Below, piece by piece: positions 7,336 to 17,199 of a stretch of DNA of 64,000 nt (position 1 is its first letter; every line of letters starts with the position of its first letter). This DNA comes from Phycisphaerae bacterium (GTDB lineage: Bacteria; Planctomycetota; Phycisphaerae; Sedimentisphaerales; Anaerohalosphaeraceae). The notes beneath the pieces are model-generated. The model saw only the letters and a list, made by a program, of their open reading frames with translations, was not told where the DNA came from and did not search any database. The translations under genes were made by a program, and so were the position numbers. Where the stretch lies: the NCBI GenBank assembly GCA_033809355.1, contig JAPXLV010000001.1, positions 58,295-122,294 on the forward strand, given 5' to 3'.

Positions 7336-8970
7336 GTGGATTCAATGAAGGCGCAAACGGCAAAACACATCGCACGCAAGACGTGGGAGGCTTTGAAATG
7401 GCTGTTGTGGGGGCTGCGATGGCTGGCGGTGGCAGTGTTCACAGTGTTGTTTTTGGCGGGACTGTTTTTTTCGCTGCCGTGGAAGATTCTGGTCTGTTTT
7501 GCGACGGTCCCGATGGCGGGAATTTTTGCCCCCCGCCGCGCTCAGCCCTGGTGTTGGGCGGCAATGGCGATGGGAATCATTGCCGCGGCGGTGTGGGTGC
7601 GTTTGCCGCAGCAAGACAAGCAGCGGTGGCGAACGTACCGGTTTGATGCGGATTTTGCCCGTCTGCTCCAGCAACGCCGCATCGATGGAGCCCCCAACGC
7701 GGCGATTTTGTACAGTCGGGTCTTGAATGAGTATGATGAAGGGATTTTCGCCCTGCATGTGTTCAGCGAAGAGGTCGCCGACCAAACGCTGTCTGAGCCG
7801 TGGTCAAGCCAGACGTTTCCTCAGGTCGCCGAGTGGCTCAGCGATTTTGAACCGGGCTTTGAGGTGCTGGCCGAGGCGGCGGCGATGGATCAGTGCCGAT
7901 TCCCGGTGGCCTCGGATATATTGGATGTGCGTACCCAGCTCAAGCGGCTTAACCAACTGAAGGGCTGGCGGAATTTGCTGATCCGCTCGGCCAATCAAGA
8001 CCTTCAAGCCGGCCGAGCCGACCAGGCCCTGCAAAAGATGCTTACCGTAGTCGGAATGGCACGGCACTTATACCAGCAGCAGACGCTGTTTGATCAGGCC
8101 GCGGCCTTTTCCGTGGAGGTGGGCGCTGCACGGTCGCTGAGGCGATATCTTTTGGACCATGCCGAAGACCCAAACGACCTGGACATGGTGCTTGCAGCCA
8201 TAAGGCAGCTTGAGTCGAATTGGCCCGGCGCTTGGGACGGCGTGGTCGAACATGAAAAACTCATCGCCAAAAATGTCGCCGCCTTGCTCTATGAGATTAA
8301 CGAAAACGGCCAAACGCGAATTCATCGTCATGCCATCGTTTCGCTGGGGCAGGGACTGGGCTATCCGATTCCGGCCCGTCTGCATCAGGACATCGTCGGT
8401 CGCTCGACGGCGCTGGTGTTGTGGTTCAGCATCCCCTCGTCGCCGCACAGAGCGGCCCGGCTGATTGAGCGGCGATTTGACCGGTTTTCTGATTTGGCCC
8501 GTCACGGTACGCCGGCACCGGTGCTGCCGATTCAATATGCCTGGCGGCTGGGGCTCAATCCCTGCGGGGCGGTCGATTGGCTGGCCCGACAGCAAATGAG
8601 TTATTATGCCGCACTGGACGGCCAATATAAACGACACATTGCCCTTGAGCGGGTCACTGTTATCAGCGCCGAACTGAAACGATTTTTTCTGCAACACCAC
8701 CGTTGGCCCGAGCGGCTATCTGAGCTGTGGGGGGCACTGGCTGCGCAGACGCTGCAAGATCCGGTTTGCAATGCCGAGTTTGCGTATCGTTTGACCGACA
8801 GGGGCTTTTTGCTGTACAGTATCGGCGAGAACGGTATTGATGACGGCGGCCGTTATATGCCGCGTTGGGGGTTGGATGATGTGGTTTTCTGGCCGCTGGA
8901 GATGATGGAGTCGGACTACGACAGCGAACCGGAAAGACCCCCCTATGTCAAAAACGATTCGGCGTTGTAA
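7336..8970 (+). CDS. Hypothetical membrane-anchored protein, mostly helical
   Basis: 544-aa ORF with N-terminal TM helices and GC3-rich codons. The start could instead be the ATG at 7345. C-terminus FAYRLTDRGFLLYSIGENGIDDGG resembles the GspG-type pseudopilin tail motif. Confidence 0.6.
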   Translation: MDSMKAQTAKHIARKTWEALKWLLWGLRWLAVAVFTVLFLAGLFFSLPWKILVCFATVPMAGIFAPRRAQPWCWAAMAMGIIAAAVWVRLPQQDKQRWRTYRFDADFARLLQQRRIDGAPNAAILYSRVLNEYDEGIFALHVFSEEVADQTLSEPWSSQTFPQVAEWLSDFEPGFEVLAEAAAMDQCRFPVASDILDVRTQLKRLNQLKGWRNLLIRSANQDLQAGRADQALQKMLTVVGMARHLYQQQTLFDQAAAFSVEVGAARSLRRYLLDHAEDPNDLDMVLAAIRQLESNWPGAWDGVVEHEKLIAKNVAALLYEINENGQTRIHRHAIVSLGQGLGYPIPARLHQDIVGRSTALVLWFSIPSSPHRAARLIERRFDRFSDLARHGTPAPVLPIQYAWRLGLNPCGAVDWLARQQMSYYAALDGQYKRHIALERVTVISAELKRFFLQHHRWPERLSELWGALAAQTLQDPVCNAEFAYRLTDRGFLLYSIGENGIDDGGRYMPRWGLDDVVFWPLEMMESDYDSEPERPPYVKNDSAL

Positions 8971-9107
8971 GAGCCCGCGCGGACGGTCTTTGCGTTTCAT
9001 ATTTTGCCTCGGTACAACCGGCCCTGAGTCGGCACCGGGTAACCGCGTATCCTCAATTACAACGTAAAGTCCGACCGCGGTTTTGTACACGCCAAAAGAG
9101 AGAGCTG

Positions 9108-10328
9108 CTATTTTTCCAAAGTGAGTTCCGTCAAGGTCCTGCCGTTGGCGTCCTGTATACGGACATCCAGACGGCTTGCAGTGGCGGTAAGCAGCATGAC
9201 CGTCGCCTCCTCCCTTGCCGGGCCGCCGCCGATAAGGATTGGCCACGGCACGTTAAGTGTATAGGTGGCGGCAGTACCGAGATGTTTCCCGGCGTCGCTT
9301 TCGCTCAGGGTAACCTCGAAACGCTGACCGGCCAAAAGACGCTTCCACTTGTGATCATGAGCGGCCAGGGCGATGTCAATTTGGGCTTTGGCCAAAATCG
9401 GCTCCCACAACGCACGCGAGGCCTCAGAATACCAAATGTTGTCATTGTAAAGCGGCTGATGCGAGACCAAAATCTGCCACGGTGCCGGCTGCTGGTCGCT
9501 CAGGATATGCCGGAGCCATTCAGCCTGGCGTTGGCGCATAGGCTCAAATATTGCCGCACGTTTGTTGAAATCCTCGCCCGTATCCAGTGCAATCAGCCGC
9601 ACCGGTCCGGCTGTCAGGGCAAACTGATGGGCCTGCTCGCCCAGTTTGGCCGTCGGATTCAGCAGCGGCAGATCGAACAGATAAGCCATCGACGCAGCAA
9701 AGTCTCCCCGCGTTTCATGATTGCCGCGGAGGTAAAGCATCGGCTTTTGTCCGGCATCGAGCATGCGAACGCAGGCGTCGAGTACCCTGAACACCGCTTC
9801 AGCTCCGTTGGCGGCTGACGGATCCTGCCAGCAGTCGCCCATCAACACCGACACGTCATACGCCTCGGGGCTGATATGTGCCATCAGTGCCTCAAGGGTG
9901 TCCGTCCGGCTGTGCAGGTCATTGAAGAAGGCGGCCTTAAAGGGCGTTTCAAGGCGGCTGGAAAGGGTGTTGAATCGCAGCAGAACGGTTTGTTGGGTCC
10001 CTTGGCCGCGGCCGTAGGTCAGTTGATAGACATAGGAGCTGTCCGCTTTCAATCCTGTCAAGGCGGCCTTCCAGAGAGTCCAAGGCGTTCCCGCAATCAC
10101 GGTAGGTCGAGGCTGAATCCGCTGTTTCAAAGCGGACTCGGCCGCATGATAATATCCGGCCGCATAGTCGGCCTCTCGCGTCAGAAAACACACTGTCATA
10201 CGGTCGGGGCCGGGGTTTTGCAGATACGGCCCGATTGTCGCGGGCAATGCGGTCTGAGCGGCTGCGATGCTCGCCCAGCTCACCAGTGCCGCTGCTGCCA
10301 GCCGGCAGAATAGGTGCTGAAACTTCAC
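9108..10328 (-). CDS. Secreted metallophosphoesterase (purple acid phosphatase-like)
   Basis: Signal peptide present. Calcineurin-like motifs GDCWQD, GNHETRG, VSHQPLY and AAHDHKW. Confidence 0.75.
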   Translation of the reverse strand: MKFQHLFCRLAAAALVSWASIAAAQTALPATIGPYLQNPGPDRMTVCFLTREADYAAGYYHAAESALKQRIQPRPTVIAGTPWTLWKAALTGLKADSSYVYQLTYGRGQGTQQTVLLRFNTLSSRLETPFKAAFFNDLHSRTDTLEALMAHISPEAYDVSVLMGDCWQDPSAANGAEAVFRVLDACVRMLDAGQKPMLYLRGNHETRGDFAASMAYLFDLPLLNPTAKLGEQAHQFALTAGPVRLIALDTGEDFNKRAAIFEPMRQRQAEWLRHILSDQQPAPWQILVSHQPLYNDNIWYSEASRALWEPILAKAQIDIALAAHDHKWKRLLAGQRFEVTLSESDAGKHLGTAATYTLNVPWPILIGGGPAREEATVMLLTATASRLDVRIQDANGRTLTELTLEK

Positions 10329-10360
10329 TTGGAACCTCCTGATAAAAGCCGGGTTTTGCG

Positions 10361-11023
10361 TTAATCAAAATCGACGGTCAAATCGCCGGTCTTGTATTGT
10401 TCATAGAAGCGGTGAAGCTGCCGTTCGAGCGTACGGCCTTTGGACAACGGCGGGATCTGATCCATCCCGAAAAATTGCACGTCGCTGGTTTCGTTGCTGG
10501 ATTTGGGGGCCCCGCCGGTAATCTCGCACAAAAAGAACAGTTTGTAGATGCTGAACAGATACGGCGGCGTATGGCCCTGATTGTCGCGATCAAAAATCGC
10601 CAGCGGCCGCACGACCCGCACCTCATAGCCGCTTTCTTCCCAAAACTCCCGGGCGACATTCTGAGACGGCGTCAGTCCCTGATCGCACCACCCTCCCGGC
10701 AGCGTCCAGCCGCCGTCTTCGCGTTCCAGCACCAGCAGCACTTTGTCGTCGCGAAAGGCCACGCCGCGACAATCGACCTTCGGCGTCGGGTAGCCGCTGT
10801 CCTGCTGCAAAATCCGCAGAACCTCGCCGACCAGCGTTTCGGTGTGGGCGGCGACGATCTGCGCACAAATCGCCTCGATTTCCTCGTGGCGCTTGCGCTC
10901 ATAGTCGTCCTTGGCAAAAAACTTGCCCGCTTGCGAAATCGTCTTGAGTTCCCTGGCAATCGCAAACCAATCCAGCCTGGGTGCATTGTCGTCTTGCATT
11001 GTCCTGTATTTCTCTGAGGTCAT
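10361..11023 (-). CDS. NUDIX hydrolase with N-terminal Nudix_N_2-like domain
   Basis: Nudix box GGWCDQGLTPSQNVAREFWEESGYEV. The start is uncertain; an alternative ATG lies 24 nt downstream. Confidence 0.85.
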   Translation of the reverse strand: MTSEKYRTMQDDNAPRLDWFAIARELKTISQAGKFFAKDDYERKRHEEIEAICAQIVAAHTETLVGEVLRILQQDSGYPTPKVDCRGVAFRDDKVLLVLEREDGGWTLPGGWCDQGLTPSQNVAREFWEESGYEVRVVRPLAIFDRDNQGHTPPYLFSIYKLFFLCEITGGAPKSSNETSDVQFFGMDQIPPLSKGRTLERQLHRFYEQYKTGDLTVDFD

Positions 11024-11035
11024 TCGAATATCGAG

Positions 11036-11059
11036 TCTATATGCTCATCTATATGCTCA
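11036..11059. repeat. Perfect 12-bp tandem duplication (TCTATATGCTCA x2)
   Basis: Read directly at 11036..11047 and 11048..11059, 12 nt upstream of the NUDIX start codon on the minus strand. Confidence 0.9.
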
Positions 11060-11314
11060 AAGATATCCGGCCGGGGTGAATCTGTAAACAGTTTTTGCCG
11101 TTTCGAGGAGGAAAAACCGGCGCAATGGCTTAACATCAGCCCGAAAACCCCAGCGGCTGAATTTCGATAAATGAATAAAATATAAGAAGTTGCGATCTAT
11201 TCAGAGCAGTTTTTCAGAAAAGTAATTGACGTGACGGTCCATCAGAAGTTCAATTGGAGGTCAAAGTACCACTGCGGACGACCGCATCGAACAGTCTCAA
11301 CGGAAAGGGCGGCT

Positions 11315-12172
11315 ATGATCAAAGGCACAACGCTGTGTTTTTTTGGATTATGGGTGTCGATTTCTTTGTTTCAGGTTCCACTTGGGGCGACCGACAGCAA
11401 ACCTGAGAAAATCGAGATCCCAAAAAAAACGGTAATAGCCCCTCCGGAATCGGTCGTTCAACGCTATCGCCTTGACCCATTTTACAAAAAATATCTGGAC
11501 GCAGACGGCATCGCCGTAACCAGTTCCGAAAACGTTGCCGATGAGGCTCTGTACGAAACGGCCTATCTGATCGGCCATGTACTGCAAAATCGACCGGATA
11601 TTCTGGAACTGATGAGCCGCAGCAACACGCGCGTGATCGTCATCGGCGCCGATGAAGAAGTCTCCGAAATTCCGGAGTATTACAAAGCCGATCCGCAGGA
11701 AGCGGCTCGGCAAAATCGTCGTGTGCGCGGCTACGGCGGACACCGGCTGGTCAGTTGCGGCGAGGAAAATCTGCTCAACCTCAGTGGCGACCGATACCGG
11801 GGCGAAAACATTTTTATCCATGAGTTTGCCCATAGCATCCATTCAAACGTGCGACGGCTTGAGCCTGAGTTTCAGCAGACGCTGGATCGCCTGTACCGCC
11901 AAGCCAGAGCCAAAGGACTGTGGGAAAGAACTTACGCCGGCACGAATGCGGCCGAGTACTGGGCCGAGGGCGTACAGAGCTATTTTGACTGCAACCAAAA
12001 GAGCAGACGACAAGGTCCCGACGGCGTCCACAACCACGTCAACACCCGTGAGAAACTGAGAGAATACGACCCCGACCTCTATGACTTGATCGACCGGACG
12101 CTGGGGTCGATGGACTGGCGCTATACGCGATACATCGATCGCCAAACAAAAACCCAAGAAAAAGATCAATAA
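11315..12172 (+). CDS. Secreted putative zinc-dependent hydrolase (HExxH motif)
   Basis: Signal-like MIKGTTLCFFGLWVSISLF after the ATG at 11315, with AAAGGG upstream. Contains IHEFAHSIH. The family is not confidently recognised. Confidence 0.55.
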   Translation: MIKGTTLCFFGLWVSISLFQVPLGATDSKPEKIEIPKKTVIAPPESVVQRYRLDPFYKKYLDADGIAVTSSENVADEALYETAYLIGHVLQNRPDILELMSRSNTRVIVIGADEEVSEIPEYYKADPQEAARQNRRVRGYGGHRLVSCGEENLLNLSGDRYRGENIFIHEFAHSIHSNVRRLEPEFQQTLDRLYRQARAKGLWERTYAGTNAAEYWAEGVQSYFDCNQKSRRQGPDGVHNHVNTREKLREYDPDLYDLIDRTLGSMDWRYTRYIDRQTKTQEKDQ

Positions 12173-12193
12173 GAACAGGCCGGCGGCGGTCGC

Positions 12194-13432
12194 TCAGGAC
12201 ATCGCCATAAAGAGGATAATCAGCAGCAGAACGCCCACCAGGGCGCCAAGGATAATAACAGCGATGCGGTATTTGGCCACGACGTCCTCGGGATACATCT
12301 TGACGCCGGTTTCGGAAATCTCGATAGGTTCGCCTTCTTCCAGTTCGCGCAGGGCTTCGACATTGAATTTTTGGCGTGCCAGCAACGGCGGTTTACCATT
12401 GCGTACCGCCTCCAGATCGATAATGACCTCTTCCATGGAGCTGTAGCGTTCATTACGATCTTTGGCCATCATCACTTCGACGACCTCGGAAATCCCCGTG
12501 GACAAGGCGGTGTTGATATGATCCGGCGGAATCAGCGGCTCTTTGAGGTGCTTTCGCATGACTTCCGAGGGTGTGCTGCCTTCAAACGGGACACGGCCGG
12601 TAATCATATGATACAACGTTGCGCCCAGCGAGTAGATGTCCGCCCGTCCGTCGATGTCCACTTCGCCGCGGACCTGTTCGGGGGCGATATAATACGGCGT
12701 GCCGAAGGCTTTGCCCTGTTCGTGTTTGGCCGCCTTGATGTCCGACGTTTCGCGGGCCAGCCCCATATCGGCCAGCTTTACGACCCCGTCTTTATTGATC
12801 ATAATATTTTTGGGCTTGACATCGCGGTGAATCAACCCCTGAGCGTGAGCGTGGGCCAGGGCCTTGGCCACCTGAATGACGATGTCGATGGCCTCGGCTT
12901 CGTCAAAGATTTTCCCCTTGGACAAATCATCGTACAAGGTTTTCCCTTCGACATACTCCATCACAAAATAATACAACCCCCCCACCTCGCCGACGTCGAT
13001 GGCCTGGACGATATTGTTATGGTTCAATTTGGCCGCCAGACGCCCTTCCTTATAAAACCGTTCGACATAGTCGGGCTTCTGAACGAATTTCTTGGGCAGC
13101 ACCTTGATGGCCACCGTTCGGTCCAGGGAAAGTTGTTTGGCCTTATAGACCACCGCCATTGCGCCGGAGCCGAGTTTGCCCAAAATCTTGTAGCCGGGAA
13201 TCTGACCGGCGGTGTCACGGCTTTCTTTGATGTTAGCCTTAAGGCGATTGAGCTGATTGGGTGTGATATACCCCTTTTGGAGCAAAACCTGCTCCAGTGT
13301 AACCGGATTTTCGGCGGCTTTTTGTTTGGTTTCTTTGATGCACTGGCGGAGTTCGTCTTCAGTACAAAGCCGTTGCTCAACCGCCATCCGCCCTAAAAGC
13401 GTATCAAAGCTGGTCGTATCGCTGTTGGCCAA
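12194..13432 (-). CDS. Ser/Thr protein kinase, C-terminally membrane-anchored
   Basis: Hanks kinase motifs GSGAMAVVYKA, VAIKVL, HRDVKPKNIMI and GTPYYIAPEQ. A single C-terminal TM helix (IAVIILGALVGVLLLIILFMAMS). Confidence 0.9.
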   Translation of the reverse strand: MANSDTTSFDTLLGRMAVEQRLCTEDELRQCIKETKQKAAENPVTLEQVLLQKGYITPNQLNRLKANIKESRDTAGQIPGYKILGKLGSGAMAVVYKAKQLSLDRTVAIKVLPKKFVQKPDYVERFYKEGRLAAKLNHNNIVQAIDVGEVGGLYYFVMEYVEGKTLYDDLSKGKIFDEAEAIDIVIQVAKALAHAHAQGLIHRDVKPKNIMINKDGVVKLADMGLARETSDIKAAKHEQGKAFGTPYYIAPEQVRGEVDIDGRADIYSLGATLYHMITGRVPFEGSTPSEVMRKHLKEPLIPPDHINTALSTGISEVVEVMMAKDRNERYSSMEEVIIDLEAVRNGKPPLLARQKFNVEALRELEEGEPIEISETGVKMYPEDVVAKYRIAVIILGALVGVLLLIILFMAMS

Positions 13433-13509
13433 AATGTGTTACCTTTGTCATAAATGTAGATGGGGTATCAAAAAAGCGTCTGAAACCCGATGCGTGAAAG
13501 CCGATATGC

Positions 13510-14538
13510 TCAGACGCCCTGCCTGCCGTAACATTCATTAGGACAAATTATCGGTAAATAGTGGCTTTTGTCAAAAAAAAATCGGCGAATGTCGGCACAA
13601 AGATGACATTTTGAGGCATATTGGGCTTGCGGCTCATAGCCAAGGGCGACCGCCTCATCCAGAAAACCGCCGGGGCCGCGGGTGTAAAGGGTGTTCCAAA
13701 AGTCCACCGCTGCGGGGTCAAAGCCCCGCCAAAGCTCATCAAGAACCGCTGTACGGATATTGCCCACCGCCATTCCACTGCATTGACCGTTGAAAACATT
13801 GCCATAAGGGTCGATATGGACGCCTTTAGCGCCAAGAACCGCGTGTTTGCAGTCTTTGCCGATTACCTTTTCAAGCGGCTCCTCGGCACACAACGGGCCC
13901 AGCGTCTCGGCTGCTCGTCCGGTAAACCGCCCGCCTTCCTGTACCATCGCCGTTTTCATCGCTGCCCGTCGTTCGGCAGGCTCCATCGCCGCGACGTTAT
14001 CCAGCCGGTCCAACTCCTGCCGCCAGCGAATCAACACGCGATCCGGGCCGAGTTCTTCTTCAGCCAGCCGAACCAACAGATGCACTTTTTCAGCGGGGAC
14101 AAATTCAGCATGAAAGATATCCCAACTGATTCTAAGTTGTTTAAGCCCCGTCTCATCTAGTGCCCGAAGGCGGTGACGGGCCTCGGTGGAGTCGTCCACC
14201 CAGCCGGCGTTGGTTTCCACGTAATCGGCCCCGCCCAGCCCAAGGCGCTGGGCCTGTCGGCAGATGTCCAGCAGACGCTCAAAGACCAGGAATGGCTCGC
14301 CGCCGGTTAAGTGAACCTTGGCTGTCTGGCCGGCCAGCCGCCGCAGGGCTGCCCACGCCTGAATCGCCATGTCGGTCGGCATAAGCCCTTCGGCTTGCGG
14401 TTTGCAGTAGTAATAACAAAACCGACAAGCTGCAGTGCACCGATACGTCAGCATCAAACCGGCATACCGCCAGAGTTTCAGTTTAGGCGCATCTCGCGGC
14501 TGACGCGCATTGTACAAATTGGCTGTCAGTGTCTGCAT
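13510..14538 (-). CDS. Radical SAM protein with Cys-rich C-terminal region (SPASM/Twitch-like); function unknown
   Basis: CxxxCxxC motif in YRCTAACRFCYY. C-terminal cysteines in GQCSGMAVGN, KCHLCADI and ICPNEC. Confidence 0.75.
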   Translation of the reverse strand: MQTLTANLYNARQPRDAPKLKLWRYAGLMLTYRCTAACRFCYYYCKPQAEGLMPTDMAIQAWAALRRLAGQTAKVHLTGGEPFLVFERLLDICRQAQRLGLGGADYVETNAGWVDDSTEARHRLRALDETGLKQLRISWDIFHAEFVPAEKVHLLVRLAEEELGPDRVLIRWRQELDRLDNVAAMEPAERRAAMKTAMVQEGGRFTGRAAETLGPLCAEEPLEKVIGKDCKHAVLGAKGVHIDPYGNVFNGQCSGMAVGNIRTAVLDELWRGFDPAAVDFWNTLYTRGPGGFLDEAVALGYEPQAQYASKCHLCADIRRFFFDKSHYLPIICPNECYGRQGV

Positions 14539-14575
14539 TCACGCTTAAGCAGCATTGGCCCCGGCGGTCGAGTGC

Positions 14576-15325
14576 TTATTGCGACGGTGTTCGTTGGTGG
14601 CTCAGCAGCCACTGGTACACCTCGGGGTTGTTATAGGTTTCGGTCCAGGAATCGTGCCCGGCATCGGGATAGACGGTGAACTTGACATTGGGATTGCCGG
14701 CCTGACGCAGGGCGTTGACCATCACCTCGGATTTTTGCAGCGGAACGAGCGGGTCTTTGGCACCGTGAAAAACCCAGACCGGCATCGAGCGCAGCCGGAA
14801 GCGCGCCATCACATCGTCGCCGCCGCCGCAGATAGGCACAGCCGCGGCAAACTTATCGGGATATTGCGTAATCAGACTCCACGTGCCAAAGCCGCCCATG
14901 CTCAACCCTGTGACGTACACCCGCGAGGCGTCCACGCGATAGGTTTGAATGAGGAAATCGACCAGTGCCGCCAAATCCTCTGCTTTGGCCGTCCACCACC
15001 CGTCTTGCGGACATTGCGGTGCGGCAAGAATAAACGGAAACTGTTTGCCCTCCGCGATCAGTTTGGGCGGGCCGTGAAGTTTGAGCTTTTCCAGATCACT
15101 GCCGCGCTCGCCGGCCCCGTGCAAAAACAGCACCAGCGGCCAGTCCTGTTCGCTGTCGTTGTACGCCGCCGGCAAATACAGCAAATAATCCAGACTCACC
15201 TCACGACACAACGTTGTATTGAAGGTGGCCGGTGTCAGTTGGGCTGTTTCCGGGGTGTGCATGGTTTTACATCCTGTTACTGTGATGGTCAGAAATACCA
15301 GAGTCCATTGAAATGCCTGTTTCAT
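14576..15325 (-). CDS. Alpha/beta hydrolase (phospholipase/carboxylesterase family), probable lipoprotein
   Basis: Lipobox VTGC. Nucleophile elbow GLSMGGFGTW. LFLHGAGERG and HGAKDPLVP are typical of this esterase family. Confidence 0.8.
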   Translation of the reverse strand: MKQAFQWTLVFLTITVTGCKTMHTPETAQLTPATFNTTLCREVSLDYLLYLPAAYNDSEQDWPLVLFLHGAGERGSDLEKLKLHGPPKLIAEGKQFPFILAAPQCPQDGWWTAKAEDLAALVDFLIQTYRVDASRVYVTGLSMGGFGTWSLITQYPDKFAAAVPICGGGDDVMARFRLRSMPVWVFHGAKDPLVPLQKSEVMVNALRQAGNPNVKFTVYPDAGHDSWTETYNNPEVYQWLLSHQRTPSQ

Positions 15326-15894
15326 TATCGTTCTCTCCGTGTGTGGGCATGCCCCCAGTGGTTATCATACACGTGTTCATTTTTCAAGTGGTCCTGCGGT
15401 ATCGGCTTGGGCTGTTCGGCCGGATAGCCAACGGCGATAATGGATTCGACGTGCCAATTTTCCGGCAGCCCGAGCACGTCGCGGATATACACTTCGCTGG
15501 GTGTGCCATCGGAGCGCTGACGACGGCGGATTTGTATCCAGCAGCTTCCCAGCCCAAGCGACAAAGCGGCACACTGTGCCACGAACGAGGCGATCGAGCA
15601 GTCTTCAATCCAGACATCAGAGACCGATTCATCGCCGCAGACGACAATGCCCAGCGCTGCCTCTTTCAAGAACGTCGCGCCGTGGGGCTTGGCCTCGGAT
15701 AAGGCCGCCAGCACGTTTTTATCATCCACAAACACAAACGCCCACGGGCACAGGTTCCGCGAAGAAGGACTGCGCAGCACGGCTTCTTTGAGGACGGTCA
15801 CTTTGTCCGGCTCTATCGGTCGGGGCTCAAATCGCCGAATGCTTCGCCGCTGCCGCAGCAGCTGCATAAAATCTTTGTGTTCTTCAGCAGCCAT
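15325..15894 (-). CDS. Nitroreductase family protein
   Basis: RRSIRRFEPRPI near the N-terminus and a family-typical length of 189 aa. The stop overlaps the next start by 1 nt (TAATG). Confidence 0.8.
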   Translation of the reverse strand: MAAEEHKDFMQLLRQRRSIRRFEPRPIEPDKVTVLKEAVLRSPSSRNLCPWAFVFVDDKNVLAALSEAKPHGATFLKEAALGIVVCGDESVSDVWIEDCSIASFVAQCAALSLGLGSCWIQIRRRQRSDGTPSEVYIRDVLGLPENWHVESIIAVGYPAEQPKPIPQDHLKNEHVYDNHWGHAHTRRER

Positions 15895-15912
15895 TGTTTT
15901 GTCCCTCTGCCG

Positions 15913-16893
15913 TTAACCGGCCAGATACTCGTCTTTCATCAGGTAGTTTTGGACATAATCGGCCACGGCCTCTTCCAGCGGCATCGTGGGTGCGGTATAG
16001 CCGGCATCCCGAAGTTTGCGAATATCGGCCTGGGTAAAGTATTGATATTTGTCGCGAAGCGCCTCGGGCATATCGATGTACTCAATGGCCGGTTCTTTGC
16101 CCATTGCAGCAAAGACCGCCCCGGCCAGGTCATTCCACGACCGCGCGATGCCCGTGCCAATATTATACAGCCCGCCCAGGTCGGGATGCTCAAGGAAAAA
16201 CAGCGTCATCTCCACGGCGTCTTTGACATAAATAAAATCACGGAGCTGTTGGCCGTGCCCGTAATCGGGACGATGCGACTTGAACAGACGCACCCGGCCC
16301 TCGGCGTTGATCTGTTCGTACGCCTTGAGCACAAAACTTCGCATCGCGCCTTTGTGGTACTCGTTCGGCCCGAAGACATTGAAATACTTCAACCCTACAA
16401 AACGATCCAGCAGCCCCTTGCGCAAACACCACAGATCAAACATCTGTTTGCTGTAGCCGTACATATTCAGCGGGATCAGGTTCTGGATTTGGGATTCCTC
16501 ATCGGCAAAGCCCTGTGAACCGTCGCCGTAGGTCGCGGCGCTGGAGGCATAGATAAAGCGGGCCTCCAGTTCCATCGCCCATCCGGCCAGCAGTTTGGAA
16601 AATTCAAAATTGTTTTTCACCAGATACGAGCAGTCCGTTTCGGTGGTATCCGAGCAAGCCCCCATGTGGATAATCGCCTCAATGTCCCATTCGAGCGAGG
16701 CATCGGCGACCATGTCCGAAAAATCATCGGCCTCCATGTAATCGACATACCGCAGCCGCCGCAGGTTCTTCCAGCGCTGATCGCTGCCGAGGATATCCAC
16801 GATAAAAATCTCATCGATGCCGTGGGCGTTTAATCCCGCCACGAGTGCTGAGCCGATAAACCCCGCTCCGCCGGTTACGACGATCATCTGCAT
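15913..16893 (-). CDS. hldD: ADP-L-glycero-D-manno-heptose 6-epimerase
   Basis: 326 aa. Rossmann motif VTGGAGFIGSALV. Overall HldD/RfaD-like pattern, including YGYSK. Confidence 0.85.
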   Translation of the reverse strand: MQMIVVTGGAGFIGSALVAGLNAHGIDEIFIVDILGSDQRWKNLRRLRYVDYMEADDFSDMVADASLEWDIEAIIHMGACSDTTETDCSYLVKNNFEFSKLLAGWAMELEARFIYASSAATYGDGSQGFADEESQIQNLIPLNMYGYSKQMFDLWCLRKGLLDRFVGLKYFNVFGPNEYHKGAMRSFVLKAYEQINAEGRVRLFKSHRPDYGHGQQLRDFIYVKDAVEMTLFFLEHPDLGGLYNIGTGIARSWNDLAGAVFAAMGKEPAIEYIDMPEALRDKYQYFTQADIRKLRDAGYTAPTMPLEEAVADYVQNYLMKDEYLAG

Positions 16894-17199
16894 TCTCCGG
16901 TGTTTTGCATCATACGTGACTCAATTTTATCCAACCCCAAGGGGGCCGATGGCTGATACCATAGCCGAAACGCCGAAATTTGTCAAAAACAATTTGCCGG
17001 CCGTCGGACATTGCCGAACAAAATCACCGATTTTATCGGCCAATAGGGAAATTTACCCACTGTCTGACAAGATATTTGTTACATTTACTTATAGAGAGGC
17101 TGTCTATCGTCGAAATAACCTTTACATAGAAGGCAGAGCAGTTGTGCAGGTCCTTTGTGCAAGAACAACCAAGGAGGTATTCAGACAGGGCTCGTGATA

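Noticed and set aside
16950-17197. 82-aa ORF (MADTIAETPKF...) ending 3 nt before the histidine kinase ATG, with an AGGGGG upstream.
   Set aside because: Codon usage is atypical for this genome (many ATA, AGA, AGG, TTA, ACA, CGA codons). The region has the low GC content of intergenic DNA, and no motif is recognised. It is probably non-coding, but Ribo-seq could revisit this.
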